Below, one piece after another: positions 50,663 to 59,459 of a DNA stretch of 64,000 bases. The notes under the pieces were generated by a model. That model worked only from the letters and a program-made list of their open reading frames with translations. It was not told where the DNA came from and did not search any database. The DNA lies in the IMG/VR virus record IMGVR_UViG_3300049893_003686; one strand, written 5' to 3'. The position numbers and the translations under genes were made by a program. Source of the stretch: a virus. Position 1 is the stretch's first letter; the number at the start of each line of letters is the position of its first letter.

Positions 50663-52498
50663 ATGTCAATAAAGAGCAAGGACTGGGTTTCAGTTTTAAA
50701 AGAAATAAAGAGATGCCCATCTAAAATTTCTATCAGAAAAGACAGAGTTTCGATCGGCCCAAATACATCATTAATGTTAGATGGAGAAGAGATTCCATAT
50801 GAGCATTTATCACTAGCATTTGATTGCCTCTCATATAGAACAAAAAGGCAATTTGAAGATGATGGTTCTCGCAAAACAACTAACTTTTTAGATGTAGATG
50901 ATGCTCATTTTACCTATATTAAATTCGATAATGGCGACTTTGAGATTAGGGTCAATAATAAGTTGCATTGTTCTTCTGGTGCAGCAAGAAAATGTGGAGC
51001 TACAACAGAGTACTATAAGCATGGATTGTTGCACAATGAGATTGGCCCTGCCGTAGTTGTAGGTTATAAGAATAAATTTTATCTTGATGGAAAAGAGTTA
51101 ACACAAGCAGAATTACTGGAATGTAGTCCTAAATCTACCCATTCATGGGGAATTATAGGGGATAAGTCATTTACCATTGCAAAGTTAGGGGACCACGCTA
51201 TTGTTAGAGGGGTAGACGGCACAGCCGCTCTACTTACCAAAAGTGATAATTCTCCAAATATAGATGACTTAGTATTGGATTTAATTGGTACTAGAATAGC
51301 AGGTTATAAGGTAGAGAAGTATCTTAATGTTGGAAATAAAATCGGGCCACTTTATGATTACCTTGTATCAGAAAATGGCACATGGAAGATGGAGTATGAG
51401 CGGGAGCAGATTAAAGCATCATGCCTGCATACAGACGGAACAGAAATAAAGCTCTCATTAGCTATTAGAACCAGGCATTTGAGTCTAAAAATAAAATTAC
51501 CAGATGAACATATTTATTCGGTAGTGACAAACTTCACATTCAATGATATCAGCGCTCAGACTTCTGCATTTTTGCAATTTCCAACAATTGAAGTTCATAG
51601 AAGCGATGGACTGTTGCACAATACAATGGGGCCAGCAATTATTTTGCCAGCCGCCACAAGGAATTCTACTCAATATGAAGGTTACTTTATTAATGGTAAA
51701 AAAACAGATCTTACATCTCAACGTAAGTACAACAATTCATTGTTAGAATTAATTACTGATACTAATAGTTCAACTCAAAGCAGACATGACATAGACGATA
51801 TAGAGGGCTCTCATTTACAGAATATATTAGATCATGTTAATGAGAATAATAATAGTACTCTTAGCTCTTTCGGTGGTGATAAGTTAATTAACTCAACAGA
51901 GGCGATGATGACGACATATACAGATACGAACGTTAGTAATGAGCAGCGTCAAAGTAAATTTGAAGAGGCGCTAAAGCGCGTAGCACGAAAAAATGCTGAC
52001 GCAAATAAAATCAATCTTATCGGAGATACGATGGAAACCAAGACAATTAAATATGGCGATACGACTGCATCTAGTAAGGATTCTCGCGTCAGACAAGTAA
52101 CGTCTGGTGCTAAACTTGGCGTTCAAAAGGCTGCATTGCGGACGGTATCGCAAAAGGCAGCAGAGAAGATTGTCGACATAGCTTCACCAACAGATAATAT
52201 TGTCGTACAACGAATAGTGCAACTAGCGCTTTTATTGGGGACGGCAGAGTTAAGCGAACGCCTTCCAGATGGAGCAGCATCAAAAATAGGCCTTACTGAA
52301 GATAGGCGTGAAGGCTACGGCGGTCTCGCCAGATATGTTGCAGGTGAGACGCTGGGTCGCGATGCAGTTGATATTATGAATTATATAGCGCCACTATTAC
52401 TTGATAAGCTGCAGGATATTTCGGCCGAAGAAATTGCCGAGCTTACAGTTGATTCAGAAGAGTACGACTCTCTTAAAATACCAACATTTTCTAAATAA
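50663..52498 (+). CDS. Large hypothetical protein: MORN/YwqK-like repeats in the N-terminal two-thirds and a C-terminal domain paralogous to 45360 and 47280
   Basis: The repeats read YYKHGLLHNEIGPAVVVGYKNKFYLDGKEL and HRSDGLLHNTMGPAIIL..YFINGKK. The C-terminus reads SGAKLGVQKAAL..VQLALLLGTAEL..YVAGETLGRDAVD. Confidence 0.7.
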   Translation: MSIKSKDWVSVLKEIKRCPSKISIRKDRVSIGPNTSLMLDGEEIPYEHLSLAFDCLSYRTKRQFEDDGSRKTTNFLDVDDAHFTYIKFDNGDFEIRVNNKLHCSSGAARKCGATTEYYKHGLLHNEIGPAVVVGYKNKFYLDGKELTQAELLECSPKSTHSWGIIGDKSFTIAKLGDHAIVRGVDGTAALLTKSDNSPNIDDLVLDLIGTRIAGYKVEKYLNVGNKIGPLYDYLVSENGTWKMEYEREQIKASCLHTDGTEIKLSLAIRTRHLSLKIKLPDEHIYSVVTNFTFNDISAQTSAFLQFPTIEVHRSDGLLHNTMGPAIILPAATRNSTQYEGYFINGKKTDLTSQRKYNNSLLELITDTNSSTQSRHDIDDIEGSHLQNILDHVNENNNSTLSSFGGDKLINSTEAMMTTYTDTNVSNEQRQSKFEEALKRVARKNADANKINLIGDTMETKTIKYGDTTASSKDSRVRQVTSGAKLGVQKAALRTVSQKAAEKIVDIASPTDNIVVQRIVQLALLLGTAELSERLPDGAASKIGLTEDRREGYGGLARYVAGETLGRDAVDIMNYIAPLLLDKLQDISAEEIAELTVDSEEYDSLKIPTFSK

Positions 52499-52505
52499 AG
52501 AGTTA

Positions 52506-52880
52506 ATGATGCAATCTAAGTTTTCACTAGTCGACAGCAAGTACCTTTTTCATGATGAAAGCATCATGGCAGTAGTTTCTAATGTAAAAAAGGCCAGACA
52601 GCTACTTTCCAAGTTAGAGAATATAGAGTGCGCTGAAGGTACGGACTATGCGATTAAGCTATTACGCGAATTGTTATCTTCAAATGACCTGGCCACTAAA
52701 ATCTCAAGTAGAGAACCATCTGACGCAGATCGCATAGCCATCAGATCTTCATTGTGTGGTCCTCAAACAAAACATGGTCGAAAGCATACGTGCACTAAGT
52801 GTAATCAGAAATTTTTCGATTTGAATGGCAAGATTGATAAATGTCCAGGTTGCAAAACACCAATATCATCAAACAAATAA
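52506..52880 (+). CDS. FYDLN-type zinc-ribbon protein (TIGR02300-like, from memory)
   Basis: The C-terminal CTKCNQKFFDLNGKIDKCPGCKT. ATG at 52506. Confidence 0.6.
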   Translation: MMQSKFSLVDSKYLFHDESIMAVVSNVKKARQLLSKLENIECAEGTDYAIKLLRELLSSNDLATKISSREPSDADRIAIRSSLCGPQTKHGRKHTCTKCNQKFFDLNGKIDKCPGCKTPISSNK

Positions 52881-52892
52881 GGAGAATGGTTA

Positions 52893-53078
52893 ATGTTAAT
52901 TGACGTAGAAGAGCTGAAAACCCTAATCAAGGATCATCTTCCTTCGATTGCAGCTAAAAATGCTGGCGTACAACTACTTATTAAATTTGTAGGTAAAACA
53001 GTTCATGCCGTAAATGCTTTAGATACTCGCTTAAAGGCAGTAGAAGCCTCGCTAAAGACGGAACAACCTAAGGACTAA
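52893..53078 (+). CDS. Hypothetical protein
   Basis: GGAGAA SD; 61 aa. Confidence 0.5.
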   Translation: MLIDVEELKTLIKDHLPSIAAKNAGVQLLIKFVGKTVHAVNALDTRLKAVEASLKTEQPKD

Positions 53079-53080
53079 AT

Positions 53081-53308
53081 ATGAGAAGGGTTACATTAAC
53101 TCTTCAGTCAGGTGATAAAAGTGTAGAGTATATAATAGATCTTAGTACTAATACATTTAATTCTACCGTAACCGATGCTTCGGGCGACAGAACGACTATT
53201 CAAACCGGGATGGTAGGACAATCTGATGTAGAAAAGCAAGATCTAGCACTACGCTTATATCATATAATGCTAGCAGCATTAAGAGCGTCTGATAATGAAG
53301 GAAGCTGA
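53081..53308 (+). CDS. Hypothetical protein
   Basis: 75-aa ORF. Confidence 0.5.
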   Translation: MRRVTLTLQSGDKSVEYIIDLSTNTFNSTVTDASGDRTTIQTGMVGQSDVEKQDLALRLYHIMLAALRASDNEGS

Positions 53309-53654
53309 TATTATAGTTATTGCAGAGGATTTAATAAGGGAATATATAAATATTCTTCATATAGATCCGTACTTCAAGATTCAGCTAGAAATTTCAGATG
53401 CGGCAAAAATATCAGAGTGCATAGAGTCAGACGCTCCGGCCACATGGATCTTGAGATTAAATCCAAATAGGCATGGAGACGAGATAGACATAAGACTATC
53501 AGTAGTCAATGCCACTTTAAACATACTCTTCAGGGATGTGCCTACATCAAATAGATTAAATGAGGCGCTTTCAAAGCTGACGCACTCTATAGTAGAGCTA
53601 ACATCTGCAGATGATGATGGTGACATGGAAGAAGAAGAGTATGTTGAAGATTAA
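53295..53654 (+). CDS. Hypothetical acidic protein
   Basis: 119-aa ORF overlapping the upstream gene by 14 nt. Confidence 0.55.
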   Translation: MKEADIIVIAEDLIREYINILHIDPYFKIQLEISDAAKISECIESDAPATWILRLNPNRHGDEIDIRLSVVNATLNILFRDVPTSNRLNEALSKLTHSIVELTSADDDGDMEEEEYVED

Positions 53655-53743
53655 AAAGAGCCGTCCAAGACGTCCGTGAGAACACTAACTACTCTCACTA
53701 GTAGTAATGGCAGCGTGGTACAAACCTCATACAAGGAGAATAT

Positions 53744-53965
53744 ATGACTGGATTATTAAAGTTACTTGGTGTAGCAGCTGCCGGAGGCGCAGCAGTAGGC
53801 GTTTTAGCGTCGAAAAAAATTAATCAGATGCTTTCTGGTGAAAAAGCCAGAGTTAGTAAGAAGAGAGTTTCAGTAGTAGAAGTACCAGTTGAAGACGGAG
53901 ATCCAGAAGAATTGGATATAGTGGTACTTAAGCGCTCTCGCAAACAATTGAGAGAGCGGGAGTAA
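53744..53965 (+). CDS. Small protein with an N-terminal TM helix and a basic/acidic tail; first gene of the Ubl cassette neighbourhood
   Basis: AAGGAGAA SD. Begins LLKLLGVAAAGGAAVGVLA. Confidence 0.5.
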   Translation: MTGLLKLLGVAAAGGAAVGVLASKKINQMLSGEKARVSKKRVSVVEVPVEDGDPEELDIVVLKRSRKQLRERE

Positions 53966-54097
53966 CAGTTTTAACTTATTACCCATAGCATTGCTATGGC
54001 AAATATTTGTGAAAGAAGATAGTTCACAACAATATCACCTCTGTTGTGGTGCTGAGGTTGGTAGAAGTATAAAAGCACACCACTTTAGGAGAATAGC

Positions 54098-54283
54098 ATG
54101 CAAGATACAGTAATTTTTCAAGGCATTACCTACCACCTTCCAACCGGCCATACTGAAGCTGAAATTCGAGCCGCGCTCGCTGAGCAGGCGCCCTCGATTA
54201 CCACAGCGCAAGTAGTCACCACCCTTAATGGCGATGGTTCAACTACCTGGGAGTTTTCAGAAAAGGCCGGCACCAAGGGCTGA
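54098..54283 (+). CDS. Ubiquitin-like (beta-grasp, Prok_Ub/PRTRC-C-like) protein ending in Gly
   Basis: 61 aa whose C-terminus is ..WEFSEKAGTKG followed by stop. TAGGAGAA SD. A strong terminator follows immediately. Confidence 0.65.
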   Translation: MQDTVIFQGITYHLPTGHTEAEIRAALAEQAPSITTAQVVTTLNGDGSTTWEFSEKAGTKG

Positions 54284-54301
54284 TAGCATTATGCAATAAT
54301 T

Positions 54302-54340
54302 ATGGCAGGAGGTTCTTTAAAAAGCCTCCTGCCATTTTGT
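54302..54340 (+). terminator. Rho-independent terminator directly after the Ubl gene
   Basis: 11-bp perfect stem ATGGCAGGAGG (54302-54312) / CCTCCTGCCAT (54325-54335), a 12-nt loop, then TTTTGTT. Confidence 0.8.
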
Positions 54341-54350
54341 TGGAGAAATA

Positions 54351-54620
54351 ATGAAAGTAAGTAGTTTAAGTGATACTATATATCACATTTTTTTTGGCGA
54401 GGAGTTTCACCATCATGAAAATAATATAACTCGCATCCTCTCATCTAGCTCATTTGATAAACTGCTGCAAGTTTATCAAACCTTGCAACAAGAAGATAAA
54501 AATTATATTTTTGACAGTTGCATTCAGAAAAATGTGGCATCCTCAAGATTTTCGACACGCGATTGTCAAAATATTTTTATGAGAATGAGAGCTGTTGATC
54601 ATAACGCTGATTTCATATAG
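54351..54620 (+). CDS. Hypothetical protein (cassette member)
   Basis: 89-aa ORF with GGAGAAA upstream. Confidence 0.5.
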   Translation: MKVSSLSDTIYHIFFGEEFHHHENNITRILSSSSFDKLLQVYQTLQQEDKNYIFDSCIQKNVASSRFSTRDCQNIFMRMRAVDHNADFI

Positions 54621-54629
54621 GGAATTTCA

Positions 54630-55493
54630 ATGAGACTTAGAGAGCAGCTGGCGGCAGTATTGTTAAATCACGTTTATGTAGTAGAGCACAGTTTAGCTAT
54701 AGGAAGCAGGCATCGAAAACCAACATCCTCTAAATATAATGAGATAAATAGTTTAGATTTCGATGATACTAATGCCGCCGCTAAACTAATAAAATCATTT
54801 GCAACATTTAATGCCAAACATTTTATTGAAAATAATCGCTTCTGCCTAGATAAAGAGATTAGTGAAATTAATGGTCTACATATCGAATGGGCACCCAAAG
54901 TTCTTGTGCGAGGTCTATCCGGCAAGATTATCATATTAGGCATGCCATATATCAAGGCAGCTACTTTTCTAAATGCAATGAGATATGCGCGGCAATCAGA
55001 TGACTGCATTGCGACTATAAGTAATATAGGAGATCTCGCTGGTGCTAGCAGTACCATAGCAGCATCCAACGAGTCTGTCGCCGCAATATCAATCCTAATA
55101 CCTGGGATGAGAACATCTGCATATCTAAATTTAGCTATGGAACAAAGAGATTTAGATATTCTTTTTAGAAAAAAGATTAACTTTGCTAAGATTTTAAATT
55201 TATGTAATTCACTTTCAGCAGATGAGTATCAACAAATTTTAGATGGACAAAGCAATCTCTATGTAGAATTTGTTAACGGTAGTCCATTAGCAGTTCGTTT
55301 AGATGAAACTGATGCTGCACGAGCACAGAGATTAGCACGAGAGGCTTTAGAAGCATTGCGTATAGCAAGGACGATGGTAATAAATGACGTAACCGATACC
55401 TCTAATGCTATTACTTACAATGTAAGTCCAATTAATAACATAGAAAACACACAAGACTTTTCTGTAGATACAGACTTCTTATTCGGATGGTAA
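54630..55493 (+). CDS. Hypothetical protein (cassette member)
   Basis: 287-aa ORF whose stop lies 1 nt before the E2-like gene. Confidence 0.6.
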   Translation: MRLREQLAAVLLNHVYVVEHSLAIGSRHRKPTSSKYNEINSLDFDDTNAAAKLIKSFATFNAKHFIENNRFCLDKEISEINGLHIEWAPKVLVRGLSGKIIILGMPYIKAATFLNAMRYARQSDDCIATISNIGDLAGASSTIAASNESVAAISILIPGMRTSAYLNLAMEQRDLDILFRKKINFAKILNLCNSLSADEYQQILDGQSNLYVEFVNGSPLAVRLDETDAARAQRLAREALEALRIARTMVINDVTDTSNAITYNVSPINNIENTQDFSVDTDFLFGW

Positions 55494-55494
55494 A

Positions 55495-56205
55495 ATGTTA
55501 GACATAAAAATTTCGGATGCAGGAACAACTTTAGGCTACACAGATCATGCTGGAAACAAAAGCGTAAAGGGAATCGATCTATCAGATTTAATAAAGGTAT
55601 TATCGGCAAATGTTGGATTCGATATGGGGTTTCTACCTATTGGTACCAGATACTTAGGTACCAGGGGAGAGCAAACTCATATTGTAATCGAGAGACCAGC
55701 TAGCACATATAAAATAAAGTTTGATGCAAGAAATTCATTGCCAGCTTATGAAATTGAAGATGTTAAGTTACCGCCGGCACTAATATTCTTCTGTTTGTCA
55801 AAAGCAAATGATGCTTATTTTGTTAGCGATTCACGAATATTTGCTATGGCGCAAAATCATATTATGCTTGGAATAGATGGATTATACAAGTATCCAACGC
55901 CCAATATTTATTCCGATGCCCGCATTTGTTGGGGTCAAAATGACGATGGAAATAAGAATTTTAAATCACTGGCAGCATTAAATGGTATCGTACAGAGATT
56001 TTTCACAGCGCCGTTTAATGATGACCTGTTTGGCACTACCATGGTCCAAACCTCATTTCCATGGGCGGGAAGCACAGGAGGAGCAATGGGGTATTTTAAA
56101 CAGCTGGTAAATCAACCGTTTGATAATAAATGGCTCGTGCCAGCGACAAATGAATTTAAGAACTTCGAAACAGCAGTCAAAACTATATTTAAGACTGGAG
56201 TATAA
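55495..56205 (+). CDS. E2/UBC-like protein (prokaryotic E2 family)
   Basis: YPTPNIYSDARICWGQ (aa 133-148) parallels the UBC HPN..C active-site block. The candidate catalytic residue is Cys145 (nt 55927-55929). Confidence 0.6.
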   Translation: MLDIKISDAGTTLGYTDHAGNKSVKGIDLSDLIKVLSANVGFDMGFLPIGTRYLGTRGEQTHIVIERPASTYKIKFDARNSLPAYEIEDVKLPPALIFFCLSKANDAYFVSDSRIFAMAQNHIMLGIDGLYKYPTPNIYSDARICWGQNDDGNKNFKSLAALNGIVQRFFTAPFNDDLFGTTMVQTSFPWAGSTGGAMGYFKQLVNQPFDNKWLVPATNEFKNFETAVKTIFKTGV

Positions 56206-56208
56206 TAT

Positions 56209-57372
56209 ATGAGCAACTCTCAGAATTTAGATTTAAAAACATTAATGGCCAGACAAAATACTGGATATATAACAGATGTGCAGTGGCCTACCGATCTCAA
56301 TCTTATTAAACCTATCAATTATATTGTTAGGCGAGATGGGTTATGGGAAATGCGTAAATCTCGAGCAGGAGTATTTGTGATGCAACGTGAGAAATTTGCC
56401 ACGCCACTACCGGGATTTCCTGAAGAAAATAATGTAGAATATGGACAAAGTCATTTCGGTAAGATCCCAGATGTTCTATTTAAGGAAATCATTGCATTTT
56501 TTAAGTCAATTTGTGATGAAAGCAAGGATGAAGCATATATACAGACATTCTGGGATCCTCTTGAAAAGAAGTGGTTTAATCACGTTCCAGTGCAACGTGT
56601 GAGTGGAGCGTCAGTTAATTTCGAACGCAACGTAGAACTAGAATCAAGATGCAACTTAGTATTAGAGACTCATTCCCATAATACCATGGAAGCATTCTTT
56701 TCTGGAACTGACAATGCGGACGAGAAGAGTGATAGGTTCTTTGGCGTAATAGGTCGATTAAATCAGAGCGTCCCCACTATGCTCTTTTCATTTGTTTGCG
56801 GTGGGAAAAGAGTTATTATAAATAAATCAGATATATTCGAATCAGAACCAGAGGTATCGTTTCCTTCTGATTGGAAGCAACGCATCACCAAATCTCAACC
56901 ACATCAGTCAAATTTATATTCTGGAGCTACTGGCTACACTCCACGTGCATATAATAACTATAAGTATAGCACTAGCCTAGCATATGAAGGCGAGGATGAT
57001 GTAGATGAAGCCATTTCAGAAGCGCGTCGTCGTTTAGGAGGTGCGACTACCAACCAACGTTTTTTTCCTCAAAACGCGAGAAGCGTAAACGAGACAAGCG
57101 CAACAGAAAAGGACGCTAATGCGAGCATTAGCAATATTATAACAAAGTTTAAGACATATGGAGTAACAATGACAAGAGTAGCAAAGCAGCGGATGTTTGA
57201 GAGTCTCATATCTCTTATGTCTGATGATGATGTAATTGATCTGGTCGGCTGTTTATTGGAAGCTGGACACGAGGAGACTATTGTAGCCTTGTTGCCAGAA
57301 GGGACAGTTGGTGCCGTTGAAGTAGATTTGACTGAAGCAAATAATGCGACAGAATTTGATTATAACGACTAA
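56209..57372 (+). CDS. JAB/JAMM metalloisopeptidase-domain protein with a long C-terminal extension
   Basis: Exact JAMM motif H155-S-H157-x7-S165-x2-D168 (ETHSHNTMEAFFSGTD, nt 56671-56712) with an upstream conserved-type Glu (KDEAY). Confidence 0.85.
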   Translation: MSNSQNLDLKTLMARQNTGYITDVQWPTDLNLIKPINYIVRRDGLWEMRKSRAGVFVMQREKFATPLPGFPEENNVEYGQSHFGKIPDVLFKEIIAFFKSICDESKDEAYIQTFWDPLEKKWFNHVPVQRVSGASVNFERNVELESRCNLVLETHSHNTMEAFFSGTDNADEKSDRFFGVIGRLNQSVPTMLFSFVCGGKRVIINKSDIFESEPEVSFPSDWKQRITKSQPHQSNLYSGATGYTPRAYNNYKYSTSLAYEGEDDVDEAISEARRRLGGATTNQRFFPQNARSVNETSATEKDANASISNIITKFKTYGVTMTRVAKQRMFESLISLMSDDDVIDLVGCLLEAGHEETIVALLPEGTVGAVEVDLTEANNATEFDYND

Positions 57373-57381
57373 GGTGTATAC

Positions 57382-58239
57382 ATGACAAAGATCAATTCTT
57401 TAAATATAGAGCGCATTTATCCGCTAAAGCCTCAACCTAATATACATAATATCTTAGTTATAGGCTGCGGCGGAACAGGCAGCTATATAGTTCCTAATCT
57501 AGTAAGACTGGCGGTAAATGGCAAGCATCCAGTATGTATCACACTTGCTGATGCTGATATTGTTGAGCATAAGAATCTTATTAGGCAGAATTTCATCAAA
57601 TCAGATATAGGTAGAAATAAAGCAGAAGTTCTTGCAAGCAGATACTCTGCTGCATTCGGCACACAGCTTCAATTTATTCCAAAATACCTAGAGACAGCAG
57701 AAGCCATCGGCACAGCTTTATCTAAAGCTCAGATTAATAACATCTCCTATGGAAAGGCAACCCCGCTAATTATTTCGTGCGTCGATAATATTAAATCACG
57801 AAAGAAAATGATTGAGGCTCTGACACTGCATTACCCACGTGGAGCATATATAATTGATTGCGGAAATGAAGAGATGACCGGACAGGTGCTGCTGACATGC
57901 CTTACTACTACTAATACTCCAGCTGCCGGGCTCTATAGCACTCCGCATCTTTTTCAGTTATTTCCTGAATTAAATGAGAGGGAGAAGAATGATAAACTAG
58001 CTAGTGAATTAAGTTGCGCAGAGCTAGCAGAGTCATCAGAACAATTTGGGTTCGTAAATCTTAATGCGGCCACAATTGCTCTAAATTTCATTCATATGTT
58101 GTTAAATAGAAGCCATATATCAACATATATGACTGAGTTTTCAATAGAAAATAAATTCTCTCAGCGCTCTCTTAAAGAATCCGCCCTTAAATCTTGGGCA
58201 TCGTTTGGCCTAAATCCAGATATTGCTACAGTTAAATGA
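57382..58239 (+). CDS. ThiF/MoeB/E1-like adenylyltransferase
   Basis: Rossmann loop VIGCGGTGSY, then DADIVEHKNLIRQNF and GRNKAEV. Confidence 0.85.
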   Translation: MTKINSLNIERIYPLKPQPNIHNILVIGCGGTGSYIVPNLVRLAVNGKHPVCITLADADIVEHKNLIRQNFIKSDIGRNKAEVLASRYSAAFGTQLQFIPKYLETAEAIGTALSKAQINNISYGKATPLIISCVDNIKSRKKMIEALTLHYPRGAYIIDCGNEEMTGQVLLTCLTTTNTPAAGLYSTPHLFQLFPELNEREKNDKLASELSCAELAESSEQFGFVNLNAATIALNFIHMLLNRSHISTYMTEFSIENKFSQRSLKESALKSWASFGLNPDIATVK

Positions 58240-58253
58240 CAGGAGTATAACTG

Positions 58254-58994
58254 ATGCGGAGCCTCACCTTTGCAGAAAAATACACGTTCACATCGGACTT
58301 CTCTCCACTTAACATGAGTTTGATAGCGCAAACAGAATCAAAGGAGCTTGCAAGAAAATACTTCTTTACAAAATACTTTGTACCATTAGCCTTAACTGCC
58401 TGGTATCAAGTAGAAGATTTTTCGCCGGCGGATAAATCACATTGTATTTCAATTGAGTTATCTCACAGTGAAAATGGGCTAATGCCTATATTATCTTTTA
58501 TAAAGACAATCACATCAGACAGAACTCATTTCCCTAAAGAGATCTATGAAAAGATATGTAGAATGGTATTTACGAAGCACACGCCTGATACATGGCTTGT
58601 AAATCATGATCAAAACATTAATTTCGACAGAATCCTACATTCAGTCTTTCACGATTGTCTTCCTGAAGAAGGTAAAAATATTTTCAATACAATGCTTGGC
58701 TCTATTAGACGAGCATATATCGGAACTTTGGGTGGATATAAAGTTTCACTCAGTATCATGGTCAAGACGAAGGACAAAGTTCCCTCTCAGCGTGCCCTAT
58801 TTAATCAAGCAGTGCATAAATCGGACCCATTAATCCTAGTTAATTCACAGAAATATAATAAAATGTTTAATGAAATTACTGGTAAATGGGCATCTCCTTG
58901 TAACAAATCATCCGAAAGCATATGCGCAGCATGTAATGCTATATATAACAGTCCAGCTGCTGATAATGCCTATGATGATCCTACAATAACATGA
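58254..58994 (+). CDS. Hypothetical protein (last co-directional gene of the cassette)
   Basis: 246-aa ORF with a GGAG SD. Confidence 0.6.
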   Translation: MRSLTFAEKYTFTSDFSPLNMSLIAQTESKELARKYFFTKYFVPLALTAWYQVEDFSPADKSHCISIELSHSENGLMPILSFIKTITSDRTHFPKEIYEKICRMVFTKHTPDTWLVNHDQNINFDRILHSVFHDCLPEEGKNIFNTMLGSIRRAYIGTLGGYKVSLSIMVKTKDKVPSQRALFNQAVHKSDPLILVNSQKYNKMFNEITGKWASPCNKSSESICAACNAIYNSPAADNAYDDPTIT

Positions 58995-59000
58995 GGATAT

Positions 59001-59459
59001 ATGCTATTACAATTTTTGAAATTAGATAAAGATGTAGTGCTCCCATCGCGTAAGAATATATCAGACGCAGGAGCTGATATACAGTGGTTTTCTCCAGATG
59101 AAAGAACTTTGAATTTAGAACCAGGTAAAAGTGTGAAGCTCAAAACTGGACTAAAGGTTCATGTTCCGCATGGTTATGCCCTAATCGTAATGAATAGGTC
59201 TGGAATTGCTTCCGATAAGGTCCTTAAGGTAGGAGCTCAGGTAATAGATCCGGGTTATAGCGGAGAGATTATGGTAAACCTCCATAATGACGGACTTACA
59301 ACTCAAGTCATCTCCCATGGTGAGCGGATAGCTCAGCTATTATTAATGCCAGTAGTACACTTTAATGCATTCGAATGCTCTTCTGAAGAAGAGCTATACG
59401 CTACTCCGCTGTATATATCTAAGCGTGGAACTGGGGGTTTTGGTTCCAGTGGGGAGTGA
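59001..59459 (+). CDS. dut: dUTP diphosphatase (trimeric dUTPase)
   Basis: Motifs AGADI, NRSGIA, IDPGYSGEI, RIAQLLL and RGTGGFGSSG. Confidence 0.9.
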   Translation: MLLQFLKLDKDVVLPSRKNISDAGADIQWFSPDERTLNLEPGKSVKLKTGLKVHVPHGYALIVMNRSGIASDKVLKVGAQVIDPGYSGEIMVNLHNDGLTTQVISHGERIAQLLLMPVVHFNAFECSSEEELYATPLYISKRGTGGFGSSGE

